Source: an uncultured Aliarcobacter sp.
GTDB taxonomy: Bacteria > Campylobacterota > Campylobacteria > Campylobacterales > Arcobacteraceae
DNA: 64,000 bases
Assembly: GCA_963664305.2 (NCBI GenBank)
Contig: CAXXLV010000001.1
Span: forward strand, 43,084 to 107,083
Direction: 5' to 3'
How positions within the stretch are numbered: position 1 is the first letter of the stretch; every line of letters starts with the position of its first letter. Below are positions 54,488 through 64,000 of the stretch, piece after piece. The notes below the pieces were generated by a model that was given only the letters and a program-made list of their open reading frames with translations, searched no databases and was not told the origin of the DNA. Position numbers and translations under genes: made by a program.

Positions 54488-55357
54488 TTAAACATTTTCT
54501 AAGATATATTTTATTTTATCTAAATTAGCCTGTAATTCAAATTCTTTTGCTATTTTTCTATTCTCTTTTTTTATCTTTTTTAACTCATTTTTATCTAATA
54601 AAACAGCATCAATTTTAAAAGCAATACTTGGGTCAGTCGGTGAATCCATTGAAGCGAAAACATCTACAACTTCTTTTGCATCATTTTCAATGCTTAAAAA
54701 AACAACGCATTTACAATACATTGCTTTTATTACATTTAAAGAAAAAGATTTATTATAAGTTGGCAATAAAAATATATCTGAAGCTAAAAACAAATCATCA
54801 ATATTTGAATAATTTTCCAATAAAATAATCTTATCTTGTAAGTTTTGATATTTTGGAAGCTGAAATTGTAAAGCTGTGATTTGCTTTTGCTCACCTGTGA
54901 TAATTATCTTAAAATCAGGATAAGTTATAGAAGAACAAATATCTAAAAACTCTTTTATTCCAGAAGTTTTAAAGTTTTTTGCAGTAAATAAAATCAATTT
55001 TGTTTTTACATCTATTTTTAACTCTTCACAAATCTTAGCTTTTACATCTTTTGGTTTTTTATATTCAATATTTATTGAAGGATAAATTACTTTTATTTTT
55101 TCATGAGAAACTTTTGTTTTTGCAATAATTTGATTCATCGAAGCAAAACAATTTGTTATGGTAATTTTTGAATTTTTAATATTTTCAATTGATTTTTCAT
55201 CTAAATTACCTGAATGAAAATATACATCTGCATATTTTTTTTTATTGAATAATGAAGTTAAAAAATTTCCTTCTTTTAAAACTTCAATATTTTCTTGCTT
55301 TTTTAATTCTTCAATTAATAAATTTGATGATTTGTATGAAATTGTTGTTTTATTCAT
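54488..55357 (-). CDS. GT4-like protein, short and with a degenerate Ex7E motif
   Basis: GT-B C-domain features (KTSGI, DDLFLASDIFLLP), but the motif reads KSFSLNVIK; 289 aa. Confidence 0.75.
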   Translation of the reverse strand: MNKTTISYKSSNLLIEELKKQENIEVLKEGNFLTSLFNKKKYADVYFHSGNLDEKSIENIKNSKITITNCFASMNQIIAKTKVSHEKIKVIYPSINIEYKKPKDVKAKICEELKIDVKTKLILFTAKNFKTSGIKEFLDICSSITYPDFKIIITGEQKQITALQFQLPKYQNLQDKIILLENYSNIDDLFLASDIFLLPTYNKSFSLNVIKAMYCKCVVFLSIENDAKEVVDVFASMDSPTDPSIAFKIDAVLLDKNELKKIKKENRKIAKEFELQANLDKIKYILENV

Positions 55358-55360
55358 AAA

Positions 55361-56113
55361 TTACTTTTCTTCACCTTTATTATTTAATTCATATAATTTT
55401 GCTTCTTTTAGAAATGCATAAAAAGCATTATTAATTGCAGCTATAAATCCTCTTACTCCATTTAAAAATCCTCTTTTTATAAAGAATGATTTAAAGAAAG
55501 ATAAGGGGAAGACAAAAATTAATTTTACTAACGAAGCTCTTTTTTTCTTGTCAAATTTTTCTTGTGCTCTCAATGATGAATACTCATTAATTTTATTTAA
55601 GTGGGTAGCTAAATCTAAAGTTCCATAATCATAAATAAAACCTTTTGCTTTTGCTATTTTACCTTTTATAACTATTGATTCATGAACTAATTTATCAGGA
55701 TAATAACCAATACTTTTTCTAAAAAATCTTATTCTTCTATTAAATTTTGACTTTTCACTATTAAACTTTCCAAGATATAAACTTGAAATTTTAATATCTA
55801 GTCCATCAATTTTATTTTCTTTTATAGTATCAATTATCTCTTTTTTAAGCTCATTTGTTAATTCTTCATCAGCATCAAGGTTTAAAACCCATTCATTTGA
55901 GCATAAACTTTTTGCATACTCTTTTTGTTTTGCAAAGCCCATCCATTCATGAAAATAAATTTTATCAGTGTAATCCTTTGCTATTTCTAATGTTGAATCT
56001 AGACTTCCACTATCAACAACAATTATTTCATCAAAATCTTTTACACTTTCTAAAACTCTTTTTATATGTTTTTCTTCATTTTTGCAAATAATATAAACCG
56101 AAGCTTTAATCAT
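55361..56113 (-). CDS. GT2 glycosyltransferase, WaaE/LgtF-like (LPS core)
   Basis: SVYIICKNEE, VDSGS.DST, WVLNLDADE, VHE. Confidence 0.88.
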   Translation of the reverse strand: MIKASVYIICKNEEKHIKRVLESVKDFDEIIVVDSGSLDSTLEIAKDYTDKIYFHEWMGFAKQKEYAKSLCSNEWVLNLDADEELTNELKKEIIDTIKENKIDGLDIKISSLYLGKFNSEKSKFNRRIRFFRKSIGYYPDKLVHESIVIKGKIAKAKGFIYDYGTLDLATHLNKINEYSSLRAQEKFDKKKRASLVKLIFVFPLSFFKSFFIKRGFLNGVRGFIAAINNAFYAFLKEAKLYELNNKGEEK

Positions 56114-56895
56114 AATTTATTCCTAACTCTTGATACTTTTAATAGAAAATCTACAAAACTCTCTGTTCCTAAAATTCCTACTCTTTTAATTGTAAAGACA
56201 TCATCATTCTTTTCAAATAATCCTCTTTTTACAACCGTAGCATTTTTATATCTTGCATTTTTAACTGCCTGAACAATTTTATCATCAAATTTTCCATAAG
56301 GATAAGCAAAAGCTTCACAATCTTTATTTGTAATTTTTTCTATCTCTTTTTTTGATTCAATTAACTCTTTTTCTAATTGAATACTATCAATTTTAGATAG
56401 ATTTACATGAGATAAAGTGTGAGAACCAAACTCTATTAATCCTGAATTTTGCATCTCTAAAATCTGTTTTTCATTTAAAAGTTTTGATAAAACAGAAGTA
56501 TTTTTTTCTTCCCAGTGATTAGTTTCTTGATTTGGAACTAAATAAATAGTTGCTTTAAAACTATACTTTTGTAAAATTGGAAAAGCATTTAAATAATTAT
56601 CTTCATATCCATCATCAAATGTAATAACAAATGATTTTTCAGGAATTTCATCCAATTTTACAAGTTCTGAAATAGTAAATGACTTCCAATTATTTTTATA
56701 AAACCAGTTCATTTGTTTTTCAAAATCTTTTGGCTTTATTCTCCATTTATTGTGTTTTTCATTTCCTATATGTTCACCAATACTATGATACATAAGTACT
56801 CTTACTTTTTTGTAACTTTGTGGTATTCTCCACCAATTGTATCTTAGAGATATTATTAAAATCAAAAGAACTAAAAAAATTAAAAAATAAATCAT
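56110..56895 (-). CDS. Polysaccharide deacetylase (CE4), copy 1
   Basis: LMYH, ITFDDGY, GSHTLSH, FAYPYG; N-terminal TM. Confidence 0.93.
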   Translation of the reverse strand: MIYFLIFLVLLILIISLRYNWWRIPQSYKKVRVLMYHSIGEHIGNEKHNKWRIKPKDFEKQMNWFYKNNWKSFTISELVKLDEIPEKSFVITFDDGYEDNYLNAFPILQKYSFKATIYLVPNQETNHWEEKNTSVLSKLLNEKQILEMQNSGLIEFGSHTLSHVNLSKIDSIQLEKELIESKKEIEKITNKDCEAFAYPYGKFDDKIVQAVKNARYKNATVVKRGLFEKNDDVFTIKRVGILGTESFVDFLLKVSRVRNKL

Positions 56896-56900
56896 CTACT

Positions 56901-57887
56901 TCACTTTATAAGACTTTTGTACGCTTCAACATATTGTTTAACCATTTTTTCTATACTATAATCTTCTTTTGTCTCTTTAATTTTTGAAAATAAATTTACA
57001 TATTTTTCATAGTTTTTATACACATCTTCTAGTTTATTAACAAAAGCATTTACATCATTATTAAAAACTAATTCTTCACCTAATATCTCTTTGTGATTTG
57101 CAATATCAGTTGCTACTAAAACCTTAGCATAAAAAATTCCTTCAATTAAAGCTAAAGACAATCCCTCTTCACTTGAAGATATTATTTGCAAATCACAGTT
57201 ATATATATAATCTTGAACATTTCTAACAAAACCTATTAACTCTATCTTATTTTCTAGATTAAATGATTTGATAAGATTTAATAATTCCTCTTTTTGCTCA
57301 CCTTCCCCAACGATATTTAATTTAAAATCAAAATTAACTTTAGAAAGTGCTGTAATTAAAGTATGAAAACCTTTTACTGGAGCTAATCTTCCAACTCCAA
57401 CAATATTGAATTTATTTTTATTTTCAAATTCTTTTACTTCTTTAAAAGGGATGCCATTTAATATTGTAATGTTTCTTTTTGCATTTGTATAAATTCTAGT
57501 CTCTTCAGAAACTGCAACTCCCAAATCAGCCAAAGAAAATTTTTTCTTTATAACTGGATTATGACGACTACCAATAATTGGTATTTTTTTCTTCATAAAA
57601 AGTCTTGCATTATACATAATTTCAAGTTCTTTTGTATTATGAATATGTATTACATCTGGATTAATCTTTTCTACAATTTTTGCTACTTTATATAAAAAGA
57701 AAGGATTATGTCTATTTTTTTCAAAATCTAAATTTATAAAATTTACACTTTCATTTATATATGGCTTGATTTTATCATTTGTTAATAGATAAACTGTATG
57801 TTCTTTTGATAATTCATTACACAAATCTACACATACTTTCTCAGTTCCAGCAAATTGTACCCAATGTAATGTATGTAAGATTATCAT
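56901..57887 (-). CDS. GT4 glycosyltransferase
   Basis: GTEKV, VGRLAPVKG, EEGLSLALIE. Confidence 0.93.
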   Translation of the reverse strand: MIILHTLHWVQFAGTEKVCVDLCNELSKEHTVYLLTNDKIKPYINESVNFINLDFEKNRHNPFFLYKVAKIVEKINPDVIHIHNTKELEIMYNARLFMKKKIPIIGSRHNPVIKKKFSLADLGVAVSEETRIYTNAKRNITILNGIPFKEVKEFENKNKFNIVGVGRLAPVKGFHTLITALSKVNFDFKLNIVGEGEQKEELLNLIKSFNLENKIELIGFVRNVQDYIYNCDLQIISSSEEGLSLALIEGIFYAKVLVATDIANHKEILGEELVFNNDVNAFVNKLEDVYKNYEKYVNLFSKIKETKEDYSIEKMVKQYVEAYKSLIK

Positions 57888-58945
57888 ATTTGATTTCCTT
57901 GTTTAAATTTATATTCACTCCACTCATAATTATTTGATTTATCATCTTTAAACAATAATTCCAACATAAATTGAGTTACTCTTTTTGCATTTACTATTTC
58001 ATAAGTTTTTTCTTGACCTTTTTTAGCAATTAATTCATATTTTTTATCTTTTAAATAATATTTTAATTTTTCAAAACAATCATCTGGCGTGTCAAAATAA
58101 ACAATTTCTTCTTTATCTTTATAAAGTTTTTCAAATCCTTTTATTCTAGGAGAAAATGTACAAATCCCTGAACCTAAAAATTGTGCCATTCTATCTGAAG
58201 CTCCAAGAATTTTTTCTTGATTAACTTCATTTAAATTATCATCTCTATTAAAATTTATTGCTATTTTAGTTTGAGCTATAGCTTTGTGAAAATCATTTCC
58301 AAAAATTGCAGGATTTCCAAGTGAAGCATATACTTTCAATTTTATATTTTCTTTATCACAAAAATCTTTTAATAAAACTGCAAATTTTGTTCTAACATCT
58401 TCATTGTAATCTCTTGCGATATATATTACATCATTTATTTTTTCTGATTCTAATTTTTTATCAAATGCTGGATCTGAAATGTTTGGAAAAAATGAAAAAA
58501 CTGTATTTTGATATTTCTTTGACAAATTTTGTAACTCTTTTGCATTTGCATAATAAAAAACATCTATACAGTCTAATTTATCAAAAAATTCATCTTTCTC
58601 TAACAAATGATCTACATACCATTGTACAATTTTAATATTTGGCAAAATTTCTCTAATTTTAATTAATGTCTCTTTATCTATTTTTTCAGCTTTTGCTAAA
58701 AATAAAATATCTGCATCTATATTTTTACAAATATTAATCAGCTTTTGATTCATTTTTTTTAATCCACTATCTTTTATTCCTAAAAAACGTGAATTTCTCT
58801 CTACATCTCTATAACTAAAATCATAAACAAAGTGTCCATTTTGAATCAATCCATGACTTATTTTTCTCTCAAGTCCATAAAAGAAATTACCATTATCTTT
58901 TTCGTTAAAGATACCACAATGAACTATTTTATAATGTTTTTGCAT
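57884..58945 (-). CDS. CgeB-like (DUF3880-type) glycosyltransferase
   Basis: KIAINF, SDRMAQFLGSG, EEIVYF, KLKYYL C-terminal pattern. Confidence 0.75.
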   Translation of the reverse strand: MQKHYKIVHCGIFNEKDNGNFFYGLERKISHGLIQNGHFVYDFSYRDVERNSRFLGIKDSGLKKMNQKLINICKNIDADILFLAKAEKIDKETLIKIREILPNIKIVQWYVDHLLEKDEFFDKLDCIDVFYYANAKELQNLSKKYQNTVFSFFPNISDPAFDKKLESEKINDVIYIARDYNEDVRTKFAVLLKDFCDKENIKLKVYASLGNPAIFGNDFHKAIAQTKIAINFNRDDNLNEVNQEKILGASDRMAQFLGSGICTFSPRIKGFEKLYKDKEEIVYFDTPDDCFEKLKYYLKDKKYELIAKKGQEKTYEIVNAKRVTQFMLELLFKDDKSNNYEWSEYKFKQGNQI

Positions 58946-59915
58946 TAATGCACCCTTTGTAATATTCTAATAAATTTTTTGAATAGTCATTGAAATCAAA
59001 TTTTTGTTTAAAATGATCATGTTTTGATTTAAAATCTTCACAAATATTTTCATAATTGTTATAAATTTCACTAATTTTAGTTGAAAAATCTTCAATTTTC
59101 ACTAAATAGTCTTTATCTAAGACTTCAACAATTCCACCAACAGGAGTAGAAATAATAACTGAACTATTTATTATTCCTTCAAGTAAAGTTAAAGGTAAAC
59201 CTTCTGTTAAAGATGAAATTACTTGAAGATGACTACTTGCCAAATATTCTGGAATATTATTTTTAAAACCTAAAAGTGATACCTTCTTTTCTAATTTATT
59301 ATCAATAATCAATTTTTCTAATTTTAATTTTTGAGAACCTTCACCAATAATATTCAATTTAAAATCAAATTCTAACTTTGAAACTTGTTCAATTAATTTA
59401 TCAAAACCTTTTATTGGGTCTAATCTTCCTACTGCTAAAATTGTAAAAATCTCATTTTTTTCAAAAATTAAATTCTCACTTTTTTGTATCCCAAAATATA
59501 AAATTTTACTAGGATGAGTAATAGTTTTTGCAACTTCAGATGAAACACTAATTACGTTTTTAACTTTATTGAAAATTTTTCCTTTTCTTGTATTGTGTTT
59601 TGTTGCAATATGAATAAAAGGAAATATTTTATTTAATAAATAAGTTATTTGAGTGGCTTTTGCTCCATGTGTGTGAACAATATCATAAGTTTTAATCACA
59701 TTCAAAACTTCCAAATATAAAAAAGGGTTATATCTTTTATCATATGATTTATACTCTACAATCTTTACATTTGAAGAGACTTTATCTTTATATCTACAAC
59801 CATTTGGAACAATCAAAGCACATTCATAATATTTACTAATTTCATTTAATGAATCAACAACTATTTTTTCTACGCCACCATAAATAGATGAACATGAAAA
59901 ATAACAAATTTTCAT
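58929..59915 (-). CDS. GT4 glycosyltransferase (paralogue of 56901-57887)
   Basis: GGVEKI, VGRLDPIKG, EGLPLTLLE. Confidence 0.93.
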   Translation of the reverse strand: MKICYFSCSSIYGGVEKIVVDSLNEISKYYECALIVPNGCRYKDKVSSNVKIVEYKSYDKRYNPFLYLEVLNVIKTYDIVHTHGAKATQITYLLNKIFPFIHIATKHNTRKGKIFNKVKNVISVSSEVAKTITHPSKILYFGIQKSENLIFEKNEIFTILAVGRLDPIKGFDKLIEQVSKLEFDFKLNIIGEGSQKLKLEKLIIDNKLEKKVSLLGFKNNIPEYLASSHLQVISSLTEGLPLTLLEGIINSSVIISTPVGGIVEVLDKDYLVKIEDFSTKISEIYNNYENICEDFKSKHDHFKQKFDFNDYSKNLLEYYKGCINAKTL

Positions 59916-60724
59916 CTATTTTTTCCTTTTTTCATTTTTAAAATAAATGCATATAATCCTTGTCTACCACTCACCATTATTCTTGGTATCTCAAAATTAG
60001 AATATTTATTTTTATCAAAAACTCCATTTACAGTTGTTGTTGCATTAGTATAACCTGCATTTTGAACTATTTCTACAGAATCTTTATCATAAAAACCAAA
60101 TGGATATGCAAACGAATCACATTTAATATCGAAAATTTCTTCTATTTGTTTTTTTGATTCTATTAATTGTCTTTCTTTTTCTTTTTTATTTAATTTTGGT
60201 AAATTTACATGATCAAGGGTGTGCGAACCAATTTCAATTAATCCACTATCAAGCATAGTTTTAATTTGTTCATTACTTAACATCTTTTCCCTATTCAATT
60301 CACTTGAAGCTTTATCTAAATCTTTATCTGTTGCCCAATTATTTTCAAATCTATTAAGTACGATATAAATCGTTGCTTTAAAACCATACTTTTGTAAAAG
60401 AGGAAAAGCATTTGTAAAATTATCTTCATAACCATCATCAAAAGTTAATACTACAGATTTTTCAGGGATATTTTCTAATTGAACTAACTCACTTAAAGTA
60501 AAACTTTTAAATCCATTTTCTTTTAACCAAATTAATTGTTTTTCAAATTCTGCAGGTTCTACTCTTAACCTATTAAATTTTGATTCATTTTTTGGTAAAT
60601 GTTCACTTATCATGTGATACATTAAAATTCTTGGATAAACATATGAAATATTTTTTCTCCACCATGAAAATCTTAATGAAAAAAATATAAAAAATAAAAG
60701 TAATAAACAAATTATATAAATCAA
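59912..60724 (-). CDS. Polysaccharide deacetylase (CE4), copy 2
   Basis: LMYH, LTFDDGY, GSHTLDH, FAYPFG; N-terminal TM. Confidence 0.93.
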   Translation of the reverse strand: MIYIICLLLLFFIFFSLRFSWWRKNISYVYPRILMYHMISEHLPKNESKFNRLRVEPAEFEKQLIWLKENGFKSFTLSELVQLENIPEKSVVLTFDDGYEDNFTNAFPLLQKYGFKATIYIVLNRFENNWATDKDLDKASSELNREKMLSNEQIKTMLDSGLIEIGSHTLDHVNLPKLNKKEKERQLIESKKQIEEIFDIKCDSFAYPFGFYDKDSVEIVQNAGYTNATTTVNGVFDKNKYSNFEIPRIMVSGRQGLYAFILKMKKGKNR

Positions 60725-61875
60725 GCTGTTTTCCTAAAACTATCAGCATAAACAAAAAAAACAAATATTGTTAAAAAACTAAGTAATTCTTTAGAACCAT
60801 AAGCACCAAAATCAAATTGTGTAACTACTATAAAATAAGTTGCAATAGGAAATAAAATAAAATTTTTACTTTCATATATTTTTTTTAAAACTTGAAAAAT
60901 AGTAAATAAACAAGAAATCAATCCAAATAATCCCGTATAAAGTAATATTTCTAGAGTTGAATTATGAGGATCTGGAAATTTATTTAAAAATTCATTTGGT
61001 AAATTTTTAAATGAATTTAAACCATATCCAAAAAAAATCTTTTCTTTTATAAACTCAATAGTATATAACCATATTGTTGTTCTATTACTTGAATTTCCAT
61101 TTAAAAGTTGTTGAAATCTATTTTGAAAAGAATCAAAACTAAAATATAATAAAATTAAAAAACTTATAAAAAATAAAAAATAAACTATATGAGAAATTTT
61201 TATATTTTTATAGTTTATTATCAGAAATACTATAAATGAAAAACCACCAGCAACCCAAGAAGACCTTGAAAATGAAAAAATCATAAAAAATGAAAATAAT
61301 ATTAATAAAAATATAGAGAGTGTTCTTTTATATTTTAATAAATAAAGAGTTAATATAAATCCCATTCCCATCATTAATCCAAATGCATTTCTATTATTGA
61401 GAGAACCTTTTATCCCTTCTTCCATTAAAATATTTGGATTTTGAATAATTTGATAAACTCCAGTTAATAATAAAAATAAAAAGGAACATAAACTGATTAT
61501 TAGAATATTTTTTTTATTAAAAAAATTTAATTTATAAAAATATGCAAGTATCACGAACATCAGTCCATATCTAAAAATAAATGAAAATATTGTATGCCAA
61601 GATTTTTTATCTAAAAATTCTGGATTTAATAAATTTGAAAGTATCATTGCAAAAATTATAAAACAAAATCCTATAAATAAATTTTTAGTTATTTTTAAAT
61701 TATCAATTAGAATATTAAAATTTTTTGTAATAAAAAGATGATATATAAAAAATATTGAAATTAAAATAATTGAAATTTGAAAAATTGCATTTTTAAATGG
61801 TATTGAAAGAATCCAAATAAAAATTAAAAAATTAAAAATACTATTATAATTTATTTTACTGTACTGACTTAGCAT
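60721..61875 (-). CDS. waaL: O-antigen ligase family protein
   Basis: Multi-TM; SFSRSSW, R..IW, PHNSTLEILLYTG. Confidence 0.85.
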   Translation of the reverse strand: MLSQYSKINYNSIFNFLIFIWILSIPFKNAIFQISIILISIFFIYHLFITKNFNILIDNLKITKNLFIGFCFIIFAMILSNLLNPEFLDKKSWHTIFSFIFRYGLMFVILAYFYKLNFFNKKNILIISLCSFLFLLLTGVYQIIQNPNILMEEGIKGSLNNRNAFGLMMGMGFILTLYLLKYKRTLSIFLLILFSFFMIFSFSRSSWVAGGFSFIVFLIINYKNIKISHIVYFLFFISFLILLYFSFDSFQNRFQQLLNGNSSNRTTIWLYTIEFIKEKIFFGYGLNSFKNLPNEFLNKFPDPHNSTLEILLYTGLFGLISCLFTIFQVLKKIYESKNFILFPIATYFIVVTQFDFGAYGSKELLSFLTIFVFFVYADSFRKTA

Positions 61876-62018
61876 AAATTCTTTCCCAAATAATTTTTCT
61901 TATAATATAAAGAATTACATTATATCTTAGTAATCTTAAACTTCAAAGAAATAGGCTTTTATATAGAATTAAAGTAAATATTAGATACATTTCAAAATTA
62001 AAAAAAGGTCAATAATAT

Positions 62019-63497
62019 ATGCTCTTCAATAGTTATGAATTTATATTTGCATTTCTACCAATAACATTTTTTATATACTTTTACCTAAATAGTAAAAGAT
62101 TAACAGTTGCTTCAAAAGGATTTTTGGTATTTGCAAGTTTGTTTTTTTATTCTTGGTGGAATATTGGTTATTTGCCTCTAATTTTAATCTCTATGTTATT
62201 TAATTACACTGTTGGAAATAGTTTATCTAAAAGTGATTATGGAAATAAAAATGGTTTAAAAAAAACATTTTCAAATAAATCTATTTTAGTTTTTGGAATA
62301 ATAGTGAATTTATCACTTCTTGGATATTTCAAATATGCAGATTTTTTCATTGAAAACTTTAATTTAGTTACTTCTTCAAATGTAAATCTTTTACATTTAG
62401 TTTTACCTTTAGCAATATCATTTTTTACTTTTCAACAAATAGCTTATTTAGTTGATAGTTATAGAGGTGAAACAAAAGAATATGACTTTTTAAATTATGC
62501 TCTGTTTGTTACTTTTTTCCCACAATTAATAGCAGGTCCTATTGTTCATCATAAAGAGATGATGCCTCAATTTGCATCTTCTTGGAATATGGTGAAAAAT
62601 TATAAAAATATTGCTTTAGGTCTTTTTATATTTTCAATAGGATTGTTTAAAAAAGTTGTAATTGCTGATACCTTTGCAGTTTGGGCAACAGCAGGATTTG
62701 ATACGGCAACAACTTTAAATCTTTTTGAAGCATGGGCAACAAGTTTAAGTTATACTTTCCAATTGTACTTTGACTTCTCAGGTTATACAGATATGGCAAT
62801 AGGAGTAGCTTTACTATTTAACATTAAACTTCCTATTAATTTTAACTCTCCATATAAAGCTCTAAATATTCAAGACTTTTGGAGAAGATGGCATATTACT
62901 TTAAGTCGTTTTTTGCGAGATTATATTTATATTCCTCTTGGTGGAAATAAAATATCTTCTTTTAGAACATACTCAAATCTATTAGCAACATTTGTAATAG
63001 GTGGACTTTGGCATGGAGCAGGATGGACATTTATATTCTGGGGATTTTTGCATGGGATAGCACTAATTATTCATAGAATCTGGTCAAACCTAGGCTTTAA
63101 AATGAATACAATCCTTGCATGGTTTATAACATTTAACTTTGTAAATATAGCATGGGTATTTTTTAGAGCAAAAGAGTGGGATGATGCTATTAAGGTTTTA
63201 AAGGGAATGGTTGGTCTTACTGAAATTATTCTATCTGAAAAATATAGTCTAAGTTTTTCTTTTTTAAGTAAATATGGAATTATTTTTGATAAAGTTACGG
63301 AAAACATTGGAGATGGAAGTAGAAGTTTGATTTGGATTTTATTTGGAACATTTTTTATTTTATTTTTTAAAAATTCTATAGAACAATCTAAAAAATTTTT
63401 AATAACTAATAAAACACTAACTCTAACTATTATTTATTTTTTAAGCTCTATTTTATCACTTAACCAAATTTCAGAGTTTTTATATTTTAATTTCTAA
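62019..63497 (+). CDS. MBOAT O-acyltransferase (AlgI/PatA-like)
   Basis: MLFNS, LPLAISFFTFQ, GPIV, DFSGYTDMA, FWRRWHITLS, GLWHGA (catalytic His), FLYFNF. Confidence 0.95.
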   Translation: MLFNSYEFIFAFLPITFFIYFYLNSKRLTVASKGFLVFASLFFYSWWNIGYLPLILISMLFNYTVGNSLSKSDYGNKNGLKKTFSNKSILVFGIIVNLSLLGYFKYADFFIENFNLVTSSNVNLLHLVLPLAISFFTFQQIAYLVDSYRGETKEYDFLNYALFVTFFPQLIAGPIVHHKEMMPQFASSWNMVKNYKNIALGLFIFSIGLFKKVVIADTFAVWATAGFDTATTLNLFEAWATSLSYTFQLYFDFSGYTDMAIGVALLFNIKLPINFNSPYKALNIQDFWRRWHITLSRFLRDYIYIPLGGNKISSFRTYSNLLATFVIGGLWHGAGWTFIFWGFLHGIALIIHRIWSNLGFKMNTILAWFITFNFVNIAWVFFRAKEWDDAIKVLKGMVGLTEIILSEKYSLSFSFLSKYGIIFDKVTENIGDGSRSLIWILFGTFFILFFKNSIEQSKKFLITNKTLTLTIIYFLSSILSLNQISEFLYFNF

Positions 63498-63506
63498 GGT
63501 AATAAA

Positions 63507-64000
63507 ATGAAAGCCAAAAAATGGATTAATAAATTTATTATATTTTCTTTTTTGATACTATTATTAATTGTAAGTATAAATTATATAATCGATCCACTAT
63601 GGACTTTTTCACATTCTAATAGATTTAATAACACTCAAGATGGCTTTGATGAAAGACAGCAAAAAAGTAATTTTATTTTTAATAATGGATTAAAAGATTT
63701 TGATGGAATTCTTTTAGGAAGTAGTAGAACAACATTTATTAATCAAAACAGCTTTAAAAATATGAAAATTTATAACTATTCATTTAATGCAATGAAACCT
63801 AATGAATATAAAGACTATATAAATTTTGCAAAAAAATGTAAAGGTAAAGATTTTAAATATATTATTATAGGTTTAGATTTTTTTGGAACAAATCTTTTAA
63901 GTGAAGTAAAAATAAAAGAGCCTAATTATTATATAAATACAACTCAAAATTCATTTTATAAATATAAAATGTTATTGTCTTTTTCAACTTTAAAAAAATC
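63507..64000 (+). CDS. MBOAT partner (SGNH-like acetyltransferase domain), partial at the window edge
   Basis: Not in the ORF track; hand translation MKAKKW...NYIIDP...ILLGSSRT...IGLDFF, open to the window end. Confidence 0.75.
   Translation, partial: MKAKKWINKFIIFSFLILLLIVSINYIIDPLWTFSHSNRFNNTQDGFDERQQKSNFIFNNGLKDFDGILLGSSRTTFINQNSFKNMKIYNYSFNAMKPNEYKDYINFAKKCKGKDFKYIIIGLDFFGTNLLSEVKIKEPNYYINTTQNSFYKYKMLLSFSTLKK

Overview
AT-rich chromosomal window from a member of the Arcobacteraceae (Campylobacterota), judged from the 16S/23S sequences, gene content and gene order; the species cannot be fixed by eye. Left third: iron and oxidative-stress genes (di-haem protein + imelysin, katG, ahpC-trxA), an orphan atpE, a dCache chemoreceptor, tRNA-Leu, mscS, a frameshifted proA and a membrane GH17 protein. 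Middle: ccoG with a two-component pair, an ogt-like/PGM/CN-hydrolase operon, a Fur-boxed DUF2325-hypothetical-fldA operon, fur-feoAB, trpA-arginyltransferase, clc, panB-ruvB-AI-2E, and a ferredoxin:thioredoxin-reductase/rhodanese fusion. These are followed by a full minus-strand rrn operon (16S-Ile-Ala-23S-5S), a tautomerase-cupin-TetR module and three identical tRNA-Asn genes. Right third: housekeeping genes (hemE, asd, gyrA, argJ, rpmB) and an LPS/LOS core locus followed by an MBOAT O-acyltransferase pair. No integrase, transposase or CRISPR array was seen. The most unusual observations are: (1) a 19-aa Cys-x-Cys micro-ORF, absent from the ORF track, that heads the Fur-boxed flavodoxin operon; (2) a terminator-bounded cassette of a 37-aa peptide divergent from a Cro-like HTH; (3) the FTR-rhodanese fusion; (4) a structured GC-rich atpE leader; (5) several apparent pseudo-enzymes (ogt-like, GT4-like, possibly McrC-like). 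All calls are by-eye motif recognition; no searches were run.
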